Positions 49,999 to 63,300 of a DNA stretch of 64,000 nt are shown piece after piece (positions within the stretch are counted from its first letter, which is position 1; each line of letters begins with the position of its first letter). Position numbers and translations under genes: made by a program. Source of the stretch: Balanoglossus misakiensis. Taxonomy: Eukaryota; Animalia; Hemichordata. The stretch lies in the NCBI GenBank assembly GCA_040954595.2, contig CM082584.2, forward strand, positions 12,182,875-12,246,874. Reading direction: 5' to 3'. Under the pieces are notes generated by a model, which worked only from the letters and a program-made list of their open reading frames with translations, did not search any database and had not been told where the DNA came from.

Positions 49999-50559
49999 TT
50001 AGGCATGACTATGGTCTGGCGTGTTTTGGGGAGACGGCGGTGTACTCTCCGTTCCGGAGGTGCTTTTCGCGGCGTCGGTTGTGGTCTTGGGCTTGGCTGT
50101 CTTGAAGACGCTTCTTTTGAACATTGTCTTTGAAGTAATGGTCTTCTTTAAGGCGCTGAATCGTCTGCTGGTGCAGCAATCGACAATGATCACGAGCGCC
50201 AATAACACCAATGCCACTACGATGAGGGCGGTAGAAAAAATCCGAAGAGGTTCTGTAGGAGTCAGCACGTTTCCATTGATAGCTAATACTTTGAGCAGCA
50301 ATCCGGCAAGACCACAGAGCACAGTCAGAACGCCCAGGATGATAGAAGCTACGGCCCATTTTTTGTACTTAGCTAGTTCCTTCCTCCTTTTCTCCCAATT
50401 TGCACGCGTCGGTCCAGACCTGTCTGACCGAAAATTGGGCGACGAACTTGCGGAGATGTACATATCGAAGGCTGCATTCGAATCCAACAGTGGCAAGCCA
50501 TCGTCAAATGATTTAGTTTTGCAGTCACCGTTCTCCGCCATACTGACTTGGTTTGACAT
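49999..50559 (-). CDS. Uncharacterised 186-aa two-transmembrane protein
   Basis: Single coding exon preceded by an acceptor (cttttag) and a probable 5'UTR exon donor at ~50970; two hydrophobic helices (WAVASIILGVLTVLCGLAGLLL; IFSTALIVVALVLLALVIIV) followed by CC and a basic/Ser-Thr tail; N-terminal DGLPLL dileucine-like motif. Confidence 0.7.
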   Translation of the reverse strand: MSNQVSMAENGDCKTKSFDDGLPLLDSNAAFDMYISASSSPNFRSDRSGPTRANWEKRRKELAKYKKWAVASIILGVLTVLCGLAGLLLKVLAINGNVLTPTEPLRIFSTALIVVALVLLALVIIVDCCTSRRFSALKKTITSKTMFKRSVFKTAKPKTTTDAAKSTSGTESTPPSPQNTPDHSHA

Positions 50560-51855
50560 GTCTAAAAGAAGGATATAAAAATAGAGCGAATTAATAATTG
50601 ATACAAATACTTCATATCAGATCAGTCAAGAGGACAATCGAGATAATGATGCTTGGTAATTTATGTTTACTATCGTCAAGATGTATTTGCCAATCAGTGG
50701 TATCATCCTCTCTTAATATTTACAAAAGTAGTTCCTTATAATTAATTCATATTTCCTCATTCGGATTTTCCAAAGCCACCAAATGACCTTTGTTTCTGTG
50801 TGTATACATATAAAACATAATGGCAATGATGGACACGGTACTATAATATACCACATCGATTATTACGTATTATGGCGACTGATTTAGTTCTCAGTGGTCG
50901 CCATATTTCCGTACCAGGAAGAGCAACACACAGTGTGGGCCAACAGAGAAATATTTAGGGTGAAAATTACCTGTTCTGCCGAGAGATCTGATACACGTTT
51001 TCACAAATATGTAGTCACTGCGTCGTTCGGAATTTATTGGCGACAGGTACGACGTATCACGGGAAGATCCTGAATTTTGGCATTGACTTGTTCCAATAGA
51101 TTATGATGACGTTTATTAGTGTGTGATCATGTGATGTCACTTGGGTGATTGGCTGTGATAGGATTTGTATTTTATTAATTACAAATCTTGAATATCAATG
51201 ATTGACCACTATGAAAGGATAACATGACCTATGATTTGGTAGTCTAAAGTTTAGTTCAGCGACATTGTGTATCACAGGCAAATATAATCTTCTCGTTTTG
51301 TGTGTGTGTGATTGAATGAAGTTTTGCCACTTGATCTTACTTACAAACCATACTGATGGGGACAAATTTGGCATAAAATACTTTATTTTTAACATTTATA
51401 TTCCGGGTAGATAACTTTCAAAGCTATTCACATTGAGACAAGGCATTAACATCTCATCTAATAAGCCAACGTTTCAGGGTAAAAAATGCAGGGTAGTACT
51501 TGTGTGACTGACTCAAATCACATCTTTAAGTCCGAATATCAATTATTTATTAAAAAATCCAACACTATCGTTCCATTGCTAAGCAGAATTAACCTCCTCA
51601 ATGATGATGTGATGACGATGCATTACGTAACACTGGCTGCGTCTGCGTACATATATGGTTTGGTTAACACGTGGTCTGTTCAGTGTCTTCCAGGTTCCGT
51701 TAGGTGAAAGCACCGTTATCTTGTAAGCATGATGTCTGGATTATGTAAATAGTCTCCGGGCAAACAGTCTTCGCTGCACGTGTCCCCCGGAGTCCGCCCA
51801 CAGCAACAACCGCGGAATTCAGCCTACCGAAACAACCTTTCATCAGCGAGAGCAG

Positions 51856-53346
51856 CTAGAACGCGGACGGGCTTCTTGCAAAAACAGCGGACGTCGAAAC
51901 CACAGAGAGCATGACGGCTATGACCGTGGCGAGGGTGTTCGGTTGCGGGATAGTGGCGCCGTCTCCTACATCAAGCTCACTCGCTGAGGTAAGAAAATGA
52001 GTTTTATGACGTTATTTCATTATTCAATGGTTATGATATCATCATTCAGTATTGTTATGTCATTTGGTCTTTAGTTGGCAAAATCATTATCATTTACCCC
52101 ATATACCTACCGTCGAACACGCTTATAATTCTACTTTCTGAGAACGCCTGACCCCTGACAGTGAAATGCACGCTGCACTCGTACAGTCCAAGGTCGTCCT
52201 CGTCGGCATCGAGGATTTTAAGCGAACTGTTGGTGAAAACTTCTGCGTCTTTCTGACCGTCGCCATCTAAGTCATAGATGCCGGGGCGGTTGGCGATAAC
52301 GTTGCCGTCTTTCGACCACACGTAAGGCACCCCTCTGTAGTTGTCTCCGGTCACGGTGCACGTCAGCATCATGTCTTCGTTGGGTCTGAGCACCTGGTCT
52401 CCGTCTGTGGTGATGTTCGGCACTGGGGAGAATGGAAATGCGGGAATTATGACGCGTCTGTCCAATAGTCTGGTGCGAGCACCATGTTGTCTTCCACACA
52501 TCCAGGGTGACCAATAACACATCTATCATAGCTAGTTTCTGGACTGTAGATTTAATAATTTATAGCGGAGAACAACTTGAGAGCATATTTGTCAACCTGG
52601 TACCTGCCTATTTGCAGACTAGTATCACAAATAACCCCAAACTTACCCATATAAACCACCAGTTCTATCGATTCTTTGTAGTCACTTGATGACGGGCTTT
52701 TATTTTCACACGTGTAAACTCCGGAGTCCCACAACTCATCAAGGTTGCCAATTTTCAACGTCTTTGTAACCACCATTTCACCAGAGCTGTCTGTGATGTC
52801 GTACTTGTCTCCCTGGGACAAAGTCTCCAGGTTGAACTCCCACGATAACCGGGGTACAGAATCGCTACTGCTGTAGTCGGCCCGACAAGTAAATGTTATC
52901 GACGTTCCTTGTCTTGCTCTCACCAATCCGCTTGGTGTTATGCTCACCGTCTCTAAAATTACAAATAAAACGAAATAATTAAAGATAGGAATGCTTTATT
53001 GAACGCGCAGTAATCAAATGTATCGCACGTTTCTGTCACCGATAAACAGACATCGCAGAAACTTCTCAGTAGCCTCGTCATCTTCTCCTGTGCCCCAAAT
53101 TGGCCTCTCTCCTCTCGGCTGTAGAGAAAAATGTACTCCTCCGTTGAACACCAAAATGGTATCCTTCACTTTATCATAGTGATGTCATAATGATCTGTAC
53201 GATATTACGATTCAGAGACAATTGGAAACCATTTGACATGAACTGCGACCCTTGAAGAACTTTCTATTGGCCTACTTACCCGCTAACACCTGCGTAATGC
53301 ATAATAACTTCAAGACAGCTGTGAAAAGAAAGGTCGCGGACTCCAT
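51856..53346 (-). CDS. Two-Ig-domain cell-surface protein, probably GPI-anchored
   Basis: All phase-1 exons: 53346-53280 signal peptide (MESATFLFTAVLKLLCITQVLA), 52952-52647 Ig1 (FTC..W..DSGVYTC), 52422-52111 Ig2 (LTC..WSKDG..DLGLYEC), 51983-51856 tail ASELDVGDGATIPQPNTLATVIAVMLSVVSTSAVFARSPSAF*. Confidence 0.8.
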
Positions 53347-55499
53347 CTTGTTCAGTTTGGTCGGATTCCTACACGCGTTAGATTTTGTTGCGTCTGTCTT
53401 CAGATCTACCTGTGAAATAACAGATATAATATCGGAAATGACAATAGAGAAATGTAGGCATAAATAGTTTTGCATTATGCATACTTTCGTGCACGGAATT
53501 TTTATCACGTCGATGCCATGCCATGCAAACTCCATTAAAAATAAGGTCACAACATATGACTGGGGGGGGGGGGGTTGGTTAACCATTAACAAAGTAACTT
53601 GTGTGGTGCTGTGCGGTGAAGCGTTATAGGTTACAAAGTGGTCGTAAACAAGTGAAACTGGCCGCCGTATCTGACAACAAAATGGGGATAAATAACCAAT
53701 AGTAAAATGATCTCAAACAAAACGAAATAATGGAGAACTCGCCATCATGATGTGACAAATTCTACGCATACAAATAATGAAAACAAGCATTTTAATTTTT
53801 TAAGCGGTGTCAAATTACTGGAGCTGAAATGCGGGTTTCAATCGTGCATGTTATTTAATCGCACTATCCGCTGACGTCATACATGCAGTATCACACGTAT
53901 GCACCAGGTGCAACGCAGCCCCATAAATTATATGATTCTTGCATACCAGCGCATTTGTATTTCAAGCGACATCGCCGTCCGTTATTTATTTCTCAGTCAG
54001 CCGAGAAAAATGCGAATGTCGGTAAAATAGCGTCGAAATTCCAACCCACATAACAAGGACAGTAAACTCATTGACAGAGTGCAAATACATCCGTAGGCCT
54101 AGATCACTTCGTATAAATTCTATTCAAAGTGCGTCACACATGCAGACTAGAGTGTTTTTCTCTTCAGTCAACCTACTCGACCAAAATTTGAATCCTGCGT
54201 TTTATTTGCTTTCTCCGGTCGCTTTCAAGTTGAATCCATCACGTTTTAATACCTGGAAGAAGGCGGTTCTTGTACACCATTCAGTTTCCATTTTTGTCCT
54301 TGACCCCCCTCTTTTGTGGGCCGGGGGTGTGCGTTTCATTCTGTTTCGTTACACCGATACGCATGCTGGTTTGACCAGTTTAAAACTGTGTATACTGTAG
54401 TGTTATAGAAAAGAAGGAAGGGTGGCTACTGGCGGACCCCACCCATCAGCATCGCATGATGATTCGAAAGATTGTGCATAGTGAAGCTTACCATCGATCG
54501 CTCTTAAACACACTATACTATTAACGGACGACTGTCATTCAAATTGTACACGAATACAAGCTTTGTACCGTTCACAAGCCGCTCATTCAAACCATTCGAT
54601 CAGCCATTTCTGACAGCTAGCAAGAACGAATGGAAGATCACTCACCTTATAGAAAATCTTAAATGTTGCGACACTGTTACTGTACGATGCGGCATACTGC
54701 TTAACGACAGTGTATAAATTCTATTTTTAAAATGACATCAACGAAAGCGTATATATACCGTCCTATTGTTATGTAAATATTTTCCTCAGGTAACACTTTC
54801 ACTTCCGGGTTATCAAGATACTTGGGAGAAGAGTCTTCCAATTGATCTGGTTTTTCGTTGTACTTTCAATCTGTGATACTTCCAAGAAATCTCATAGTGT
54901 TTTGGAAATCAAAAGTGTGTATATTCCTAATTTATATCTTTTATGTGATGTCATTAATAGGATATGTGGATCTGTTCAGCAGAGAGGGTCCCTATCAGAC
55001 TCGAGGTGCCAACCAAGCAGTCTGTACAGTAGCAATCGTTGAAAAGATGGCGGATCAACAATTCTTTTGAATAGTTTGGTCGTACAAACCATTAACTTTA
55101 TTTATTATTTTGCTAATACGATCATGGCCAATATCTCATAACTTTCAAGTTGTGAAACCTAATAAAACCTGGCCGCTGAGGTATCTAGGCTAAACCAGTG
55201 TACAATTGAAAGTATAAAAAATAAACTTCGAGAACATAATAGGTATAAAACAATAGGGAATATTATGATTCGATAAACATAACTGGAAAAACAGCTGCGC
55301 AAAAAAATAACACGAAAAATACAAAAATTAAGATGATCGATGAAAAGAAAGTTAGTTAAAGCGAAATCTAACAACATGAAAATATAATAGTACTTTTTAA
55401 GTCGAGATGTCACTGTGTGGAGAATAAATTTGCATTGTTTATCAGACTCAGGAACTCATTGCTATTCTACATGGCTGTTTTGGTAAAATTCCCCACGTC

Positions 55500-55901
55500 T
55501 CACTCTTTCAGCACTTCGTAGTGTCCAGGGACATTATCCGGTTCACTATGCTTCTCCAGCGGAGTATACCCACCCGAGGTGTCTTCTGGGTCGCTTTTCT
55601 CCAGTGGGGTGTACCCACCCGATCCGTCTTCTGGGTCATTCTTCTCCTCCGGCGGGGGCCCACTTTTCTTCACCGGCGGGGTATCGCCACCCGAGGCGCT
55701 TTCCTCGTCTGGTGGCAACGGCTTCTTCTCCTGTTCAATCTTTGTATCCTCGGCAACCTTGTCATAATGAGCTTTCAAGTTCCACTTTCGGGTCTTACTG
55801 CGCCGTGTGCACAGGCAGACGACAGCCACGGTGGTGAAGAAAATCACCACGACAACCCAACATAGGATGGCCACAATACACACGATCTGTAGGGCAGACA
55901 T
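55500..55901 (-). CDS. Small single-pass membrane protein with repeated cytoplasmic tyrosine motifs (transmembrane adaptor-like)
   Basis: N-terminal hydrophobic helix, juxtamembrane CLC + basic stretch, tail with YDKV, GGYTPL x2 and HYEVL; GC-rich coding-like composition; splice acceptor at 55921. Confidence 0.7.
   Translation of the reverse strand: MSALQIVCIVAILCWVVVVIFFTTVAVVCLCTRRSKTRKWNLKAHYDKVAEDTKIEQEKKPLPPDEESASGGDTPPVKKSGPPPEEKNDPEDGSGGYTPLEKSDPEDTSGGYTPLEKHSEPDNVPGHYEVLKE
55552..55710 (-). repeat. 45-bp coding tandem repeat (DPEDxSGGYTPLEK) plus a diverged third copy (GGDTPPVK)
   Basis: ttctccagcggagtatacccacccga / ttctccagtggggtgtacccacccga / ttcaccggcggggtatcgccacccga. Confidence 0.8.
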
Positions 55902-57394
55902 CGCAGATCTTTCCTTTTCACTGGGAAATATAAAAGTGAAACATGAAGTATGGAACGGTATTAACAGACTTTCATTTCTATTTCTAGAATATAAAAGAGC
56001 TATTTGTTCAGTCGTGTTTCAACCGCATGAGCTCGCCCCCGGCCCAACGTGCACCCACGCTGTGGCCATACGTACTATACTGCATGTATTATTGTGTACC
56101 ACGTCAGCGGGTATGGACGACTGATTAAGGTATATTCATGTAGAAAATAGAGACCCGAACACTTATTGTCCTCTGGGATGTGCGCGAAACAATTTGCCAG
56201 TTATTTCTCCAGCCCGGTTAAGTCTTTTCCAACATGGTTTGCTGTTTTCTAGTGCGTTGACATTTGACCATTGTATGCACCTTTCTATCAACATGGCAGA
56301 ACCTCATACAATAGACTCTTTCTTCAGCAGTTTCACCGTTTTTTCCCACGGGCGAGCTTCTCAAATCAGAAGAATATAACGTTGACGGCTTTGTAGCTGC
56401 ACGACGGCATTCTTTTGACAAACATTTCATTCCTTACTATTACCCCTCAAATCCCACCACTGTCTAGTAGGCCCATAAGAACATTTGTAGCTAGTATTGT
56501 GTGACATCCAAAAGTCAACAACCTATATGCATGTACATGTACATACAAAATCTAGTATCGTCAACTGCGTCACCCATCACCGATCTTAAGACAAACTTAT
56601 TCCACAGGTCCGAGAACACCATGGGACCCTGCGAGTACCCTATCCATGGATTAATTCCCTGTGTATTACCCCCAACGTTTGCGATTCTCGATATCACGAG
56701 AATAACCACTGATTATCAAGGCACTCACCTGTGGAGTGGAAACGTCGACTTGTTTAACCAGTGAGACGCCAGATTGGGACGTTTCCGGGTTCATAAGGGC
56801 AAACGAGAGCGTCACGTCATCGGTAGTATAAAATTAAAGTTCTGCAATGGGGTATTTGCCTAAAACGAAAGGCGGACTGTTTTAGGCTCTAATTTTGACA
56901 CAGAGAAGAATGCCCATTTCAAATCCTCGTAAAGACGAAACATTAGACTGGTTGAAAGAAAGGACAATTTGGTGCAGTCAGACAGATTTTGGCCTGCAGT
57001 GCCGTCCACAGCGGTCGTGTCAATAAAGCCACGAAGTTCTGCACCGTGCCTTTGTTTCCATACTCTCATCACACTCTATACAACTCTACGTTGATGTTTG
57101 CCTGGACAAAGTGAGACAAAATATTGTTAATATATACTTTGTGATGTGTATGCCAGCACAATACAAAATTTACACTGATGGCGATCGATGACAATTGATG
57201 TGTATATAAAGGGATTGAATTTCAATAGTCTATGGGGAAGTATGTTGGTTACTGACACCCCTTGATGATATATGCCTTCAGTGACAAAAAAATAATAAGA
57301 TCAAATATCCAATATTTGTTTTCATAAAAAGAGGAACCTAGTTTTGCTTGGACTTTGTAGTGGGACTTCGATCAGCATTGCCATAAGTTGAACA

Positions 57395-60300
57395 ATGTAT
57401 ATGCACGGTGGAGTGGCCGTGATACTGGGTAGAATGCTTTCCCGTTATTTTTGCGTTATTCTTTTGATCAACGCAACTACATTCAGCCAAACGTCAAACG
57501 GTAAGTCACGACACAGTGAGTGAGTGAGATTTGGTATTTTCTGTTTTTTACGTACTGCATGCTATATTCACCAAAGATTTCTTCGCAACACAAAGACCCG
57601 AGACTGGCGGTTAGGGTGTTGACATAATATCGCGCTTGAAGCTCCTCGCATAAGGGAAGTCAAATTTATAAATATTGTCTTCTTCCCCCCCAGAAATATC
57701 AGTTTTAAGGAAGAGCAAAATACTGGTGATCTTCCGACAGCAACCTCACCAAAAGCTTTACTAACAAAACGATGTTGTTCCTTGTTCTTGCTCATGCAAA
57801 ATTGCTAACGTCTCGATCAGATCACTTTTGAAACAAACTGAAGTTGTTTTTACAACTGAAGACCTCTCAGATCTGATTAAAACGTGCAATTATAACAGCT
57901 GTGGTTCTGACAAAAAGATTCGATGACCTGCAAGTTGTATTATATAACAGCTAGCCAGGCGCCACGGTGACAGCGAGCGTCAAACGCACCTGGTCATGGT
58001 AACGTGACATGCTAATAAATACTTAGAACTTTGAATTAGTCAATGTTTTTTTTTCATTTCAGTTGTCTGATCAACAATTTATTTTTCAGATGATTCAAGA
58101 CAATATAACTTTCAGGACTGCTGGAAAAAAACAATTAGGAATGCTTCAGAGGTTGTCATACCAGAGGCAAGTTTTGATTTCAACATTTATTCAAGTTCTC
58201 AGCCTTTCACAAGCCGCCATGTTGAACGCAAATTAAACCATCATGCATTGCAGATACCCTATCCGCGAAGTGGTCCATCGCCATACCTGCATATACGAGT
58301 GTCCGTGTGACTTCAGCGGGGAATACAATTTGAAAGAGATTTTTTTTTTTAATTTAAAACTTCATATTATCTCCTGATAGGATACCAAGATTGGAACAAC
58401 GGTGCTAAAACTACCCACGGACGAATACTCCATTCCAGGAGCCATAATCCAAGACGGAAACACGGTAACTACTCACGTTCTTACTAAAAAAAAAAGTACT
58501 GACCATGAATTTCGAAAAGTGTTCTTGCTATGTGCTGTGCACCAGTTGACTGAGGAGATTACAGCCAAGGAAATTAATTTGACAACCTCTCACATTTTGT
58601 AAAAGAATTCACATGTTTGAATGACAATGAAAAACTAAGAGGCATGGATTGTAAAGCACCGTTTTCTCTTTTAGGACAATCGCTTCAGTTTATACGCCGT
58701 TTCTGAGTTACGACTGCTGGGATTGTTGGATTACTCAATTCACAAAGAATACAACTTGACTTTACTTTGGTATAAGGTGACGTTGTTTTGATATCAGTAC
58801 ATTTTATAGATCTTGGTAAAATTGTCAGCGCGCATACTCATTGTGCATACACACACAAATCGCGATTAGCGGTATAATGTCTACAACGCGAGTCACTGGA
58901 CTCGACCATCAATAGACTAGCCTGGTGTGAACACATAAAACGGGGAACATGTACGCAAGCAATGCCATTGACGCTTGAAACGCCGCCATTTCTTCCATCA
59001 CTAAAGTGTAGGACTGCTGTAGGAATCTGTCGACTTATTGTCGTTTTCTTTTCTGTCGTTCAGCCTCATGGGGATGATATGCGATGCATCAAGCATCGCT
59101 TGAAAGTTAGAGTTGAAGACAAGGACGACTGGCCGCCATATTTCAACGAATCTTGCTATATACCTCCCCGAGCTGATAGTATTAGCAATGATGTCAGCGT
59201 CTCCGTAAGTTCTGTTTAATATTAGCGTTGGCATTACAACTTCATTGTAAGATTTTAACACTGTGAAAGCATTAATCATGCAAATGATGATGCATACAAC
59301 GGAGGGGTACGAAGTCATATCAATTATCACCTAAGAGTGGCAATTTCGCGATTGTTGTCACCTTCACGATCCCTGATACGGATTCTAGACGGTATACTGC
59401 GTAAGCGTCACCACGGCCAAAATCCACACGCCGTGGACGTGGTTCTGACCTCACAGTCTATGTATTTTTTTACCAGACATTCCCCCTCTCGATACTGATC
59501 AACGAACTCCGGTACCCTAGTATTGCAACGCAGGGACATGACATTGACAATGTTTGGATGGATGTAAGATATCGTGACTGTAAGTAATTCTTGTCCCAGT
59601 AGCCGACATTATTTGCATCTATCTGTAGGAAAATATCATAGCGAATATGGAAGATAAGCTACATCAGATCATGTCGAAATCGATATTTATATTTATTTCT
59701 TTTTCACTATGTAGGTTCATGCATTGTGTATATCGCTGTGGGGTTTACCAGTCACTATGTCCCGGTGAAGTACGTTAACAAATCGAATATGAACTTCACG
59801 TGTTTCGGAGGAAAAATGTCCGACATCGATGTATCTCTATATAGGGTAAGTCAATTAATATTCTAGATATTGAGTAAATCACACGTACATGACATGCTAC
59901 GTTGACAAACCGCATACTTGGTGTATTAGCAGGCTGCTTGGAGTAAAACAAGGAATTGAAAATAAACAGCAACAAGTCATATGGTTTTAGACAAGACACA
60001 TATCCCCGTAACTTATAATAGTGGAGATCTGTTATTTATGAACTTCAGGATCGTGAAGACTTCCCCAAGAACACTGTAATAAACTATGACATGTTCCAAG
60101 GAAAATTCTATGATCACCCACTTCTGGAAGTACGCATGCTGAAGGGAAACCTGGCCACCTTGCTGCAAAATCAGGGCGTAGACATTTCCTGCTCGGGGAC
60201 CTGGACATCGACAGGCGCCATACTTCCAATAGGAGCATCACTGCAAGTCGAAGCCATTGGTAAATATTCAAAATTAATATTGATCCATATGAAGCAACAC

Positions 60301-63300
60301 TGGAAAAAGTAAAGAGTACTGCTCCAAAAGGTTGATCTTATTTGAGCCAGTTGATGCAGTTAGGAATTGCTTTGGCCCACACACAGGTCCATATTTGACT
60401 GTTAATTGTAACATCTACCTTCGTTTCAGGCTGTCCAAAGGGGAAATATGGTTTCAGATGTGAAAACGATTGCTACTGCGAGAATGGCGGTACCTGTCAC
60501 ACTTTTACCGGAGCATGTCTATGTCCAATCGACTGGAAAGGAGTTGCTTGCGATATTCCAAGTAAATATACCATATAATAGTTGATTTTCCGCTCATTGC
60601 GAGAAACAGGTTGCAAGACATGTAATACTAGTCGAGCATGGTCCATTTTACAGGAAGAACATCTTACATGTTGTCCTTTCTATTTGATTTCCTACAGAAA
60701 GGCGATTTATAAAGTTTGAGAGGAAACACTACGCGACCTATATCAACCATTATGTCACGGTGTTGTGTCATTTCTACCACTTCACTACTTATGCCTCGAG
60801 AGTATGGTTTAAGGACGGATTGACTAACATCACCGGAAGTCATCCCGTGTTACACAAATGGGGAGACAAGTAAGTACTAGTATCCACTGAGGTGTGTGTC
60901 AATATTTACCATTCGGTATGACATATCCATACACATATAGACCGTGGAACTTCGCAAGTATTAATTTCTGGTGAGGTTGAAGTCCAAATTGCTTATATGT
61001 GGACAACAACACAGCGAATATTATACATATTGAAATATATAACAAAACTCTGCTGAAAGTGACTCTCAGTGGAAAATCTTTCTCGTTGAAATTTCAGTAT
61101 TTTGTTCAGTAAACTGGAAATTAAAAGCGTTCAAGACTATTATGGAGGCACATATAGCATAGTAGTAGAAGATGAATTCGGTGAAATATTCAACGACTCT
61201 ACTGTTTTGGAGGTTCTTGGTAGGTTGATATTTTATATCTTTATTTGGAGATGTGAAGTTCCTGTTTAGCACTTGTCGATTTTACTTGTTCTCTTAACAT
61301 AACAATTCACCACCCTTTTTACTAAAAAATAGCGTAACTTAATATTACTCGTATTTCCAGGCTGTCAAACCAACTTTTATGGTGAGAAATGTGATCAGGT
61401 TTGTAACTGCCCGAACAGTGAGAATTGTGATCGCTTTAGTGGTTGCCAATGTCTGCCAGGCTGGACAGGAGAGCGCTGTGATGAAGGTGAGAAATGTAAT
61501 CACACGTGATCAGATGTATCTTCACCAATACCCCCACGTTGCTTCTGGGTGCAGTTACTTATTTTATTAGAAATGTTTTACTTCGCAGTTTGCGGACAAG
61601 GAACATATGGAGCTGGATGTGCCTTCAACTGTTCCTGTCACAACAACGCGACCTGTGACCCCGTCACTGGCACGTGTCATTGCCAGAACCTAACTTGTGG
61701 ACAGTACTGTGAGCAGCTCTGTTACTGTCCAATGGGCGACTACTTCATGTGTGACAACGATATAGGATGCATGTGTGTCACATCAGGTATGTCGTGTCTG
61801 CCTGAATGTCCAGCAAATGTTGCATTTTAATACACTTTATGATACGTGGCCGTGAGATTATAATTATAAATTCAGGCATGAGACAATTATTCTTTCATCC
61901 ACAGATATGTCTAAGGAGGTAACACGTAGTTCACATCCACCGTCACGAAGCCTCTATGCGATGTCATTTACCGTGGTCTGTATTATCTTGATTTGTGCAT
62001 CGATACTTGTGATTTATAGAAAGTGTCGTCGTAGGCCCGGCCAGGAAATTATTGGAAACGAATTTGATGCAGTCGTTCAGGTAGATACACCATCTGGTCA
62101 CCATGCACCCCAGCCATTCGTCTGTCCATCCCATATTCATGTATGACTGACTGACTGAATGCCTGACTGACTGACTGAGTATCACTGTGTGCATTCTACT
62201 GATGGCAGTACATATATTTACAGGATTACATTACAGAACTAAAACCATGGCTGATAAAACCGGGCAAAGTGACGGTTTTCCATGAAAAGGGTCTATTAGG
62301 CCAGGGATCATTCGCTCAAGTATTGTCGGCGAGATTGAAAACCTCCAAAATGACGCGTGATGTTGCTGTCAAAAGGATTACCCAAAGTAAGTTGCGTGTT
62401 TTTGTGTGTGCACGTGTTCTAGTCCTTAGGAGAAAAAAATATTTGATCGATGTATCACAAGTTTTGTATTGTGTATAGTTTGGGCATTGATGAATTGTAG
62501 GATGTATGTTGCCAGGCAAAATTTGAAACTGGAGAGGACATATATGATTTGATAAACCATTTCTTTCTTCCTCAATTTTGATGTTTTATAGGCCTTTACA
62601 ATCAAATCAACTACATAAATTTCTGTGAAGAAATCCTTCGTCTTAGTACCCTTCATGATCACCCTAACGTCATTGGATTCCACGGTGTCGTCCTTAATGG
62701 AGGTAAAGTACATCATGTTTAACGCGGCATAAAGGTTGTACTGTCAGGTTTATCCTCTTATGTTCCCAACGCATTAGACTTCAGAATGACAGATTTCGTT
62801 TGGTCTTGTGTGGTTGGAGAGTTGGGTTGGAGAAATTGCTTCAGTTTTGACTTTTTGTGTTGACTTGTGTTCAGATCAGAAGTATATAGTAATGGAGTAT
62901 GCTTCGCGGGGAGATATGTTTGCTTATATCAAGAATCTGAGCTTTGGAAATATGTCGGCGAAAGAAGAAGGAATTCTGGTCAAACTTGCACGTGACGTCA
63001 CGGTGGCGCTACAATTCTTGGCAGAGAAAAAGGTAATTGCACGATCTTTGATTAACGCAGAGTTAATATACTAATTTATGAAGCACTCCCTAAGTCATTG
63101 GCAGAGTAAGATCAGCATGCACTTGGATGTCTTACGCATATTCTTTCCTGCGCAATAACGGTTAATGACCATGTTCTCTTTTGGACTTCCTGTCATAGAT
63201 CGTGCATAGGGATCTTGCCACCAGAAATGTGTTGATTACAGACCATTTCGTGGGAAAGCTGGCCGATTTCGGACTTAGTCGCGAACTAGAAGGAGAGGAG

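Noticed and set aside
50021-50578. 185-aa + strand ORF
   Set aside because: Antisense shadow of the 2-TM gene; non-ATG start, no motifs.
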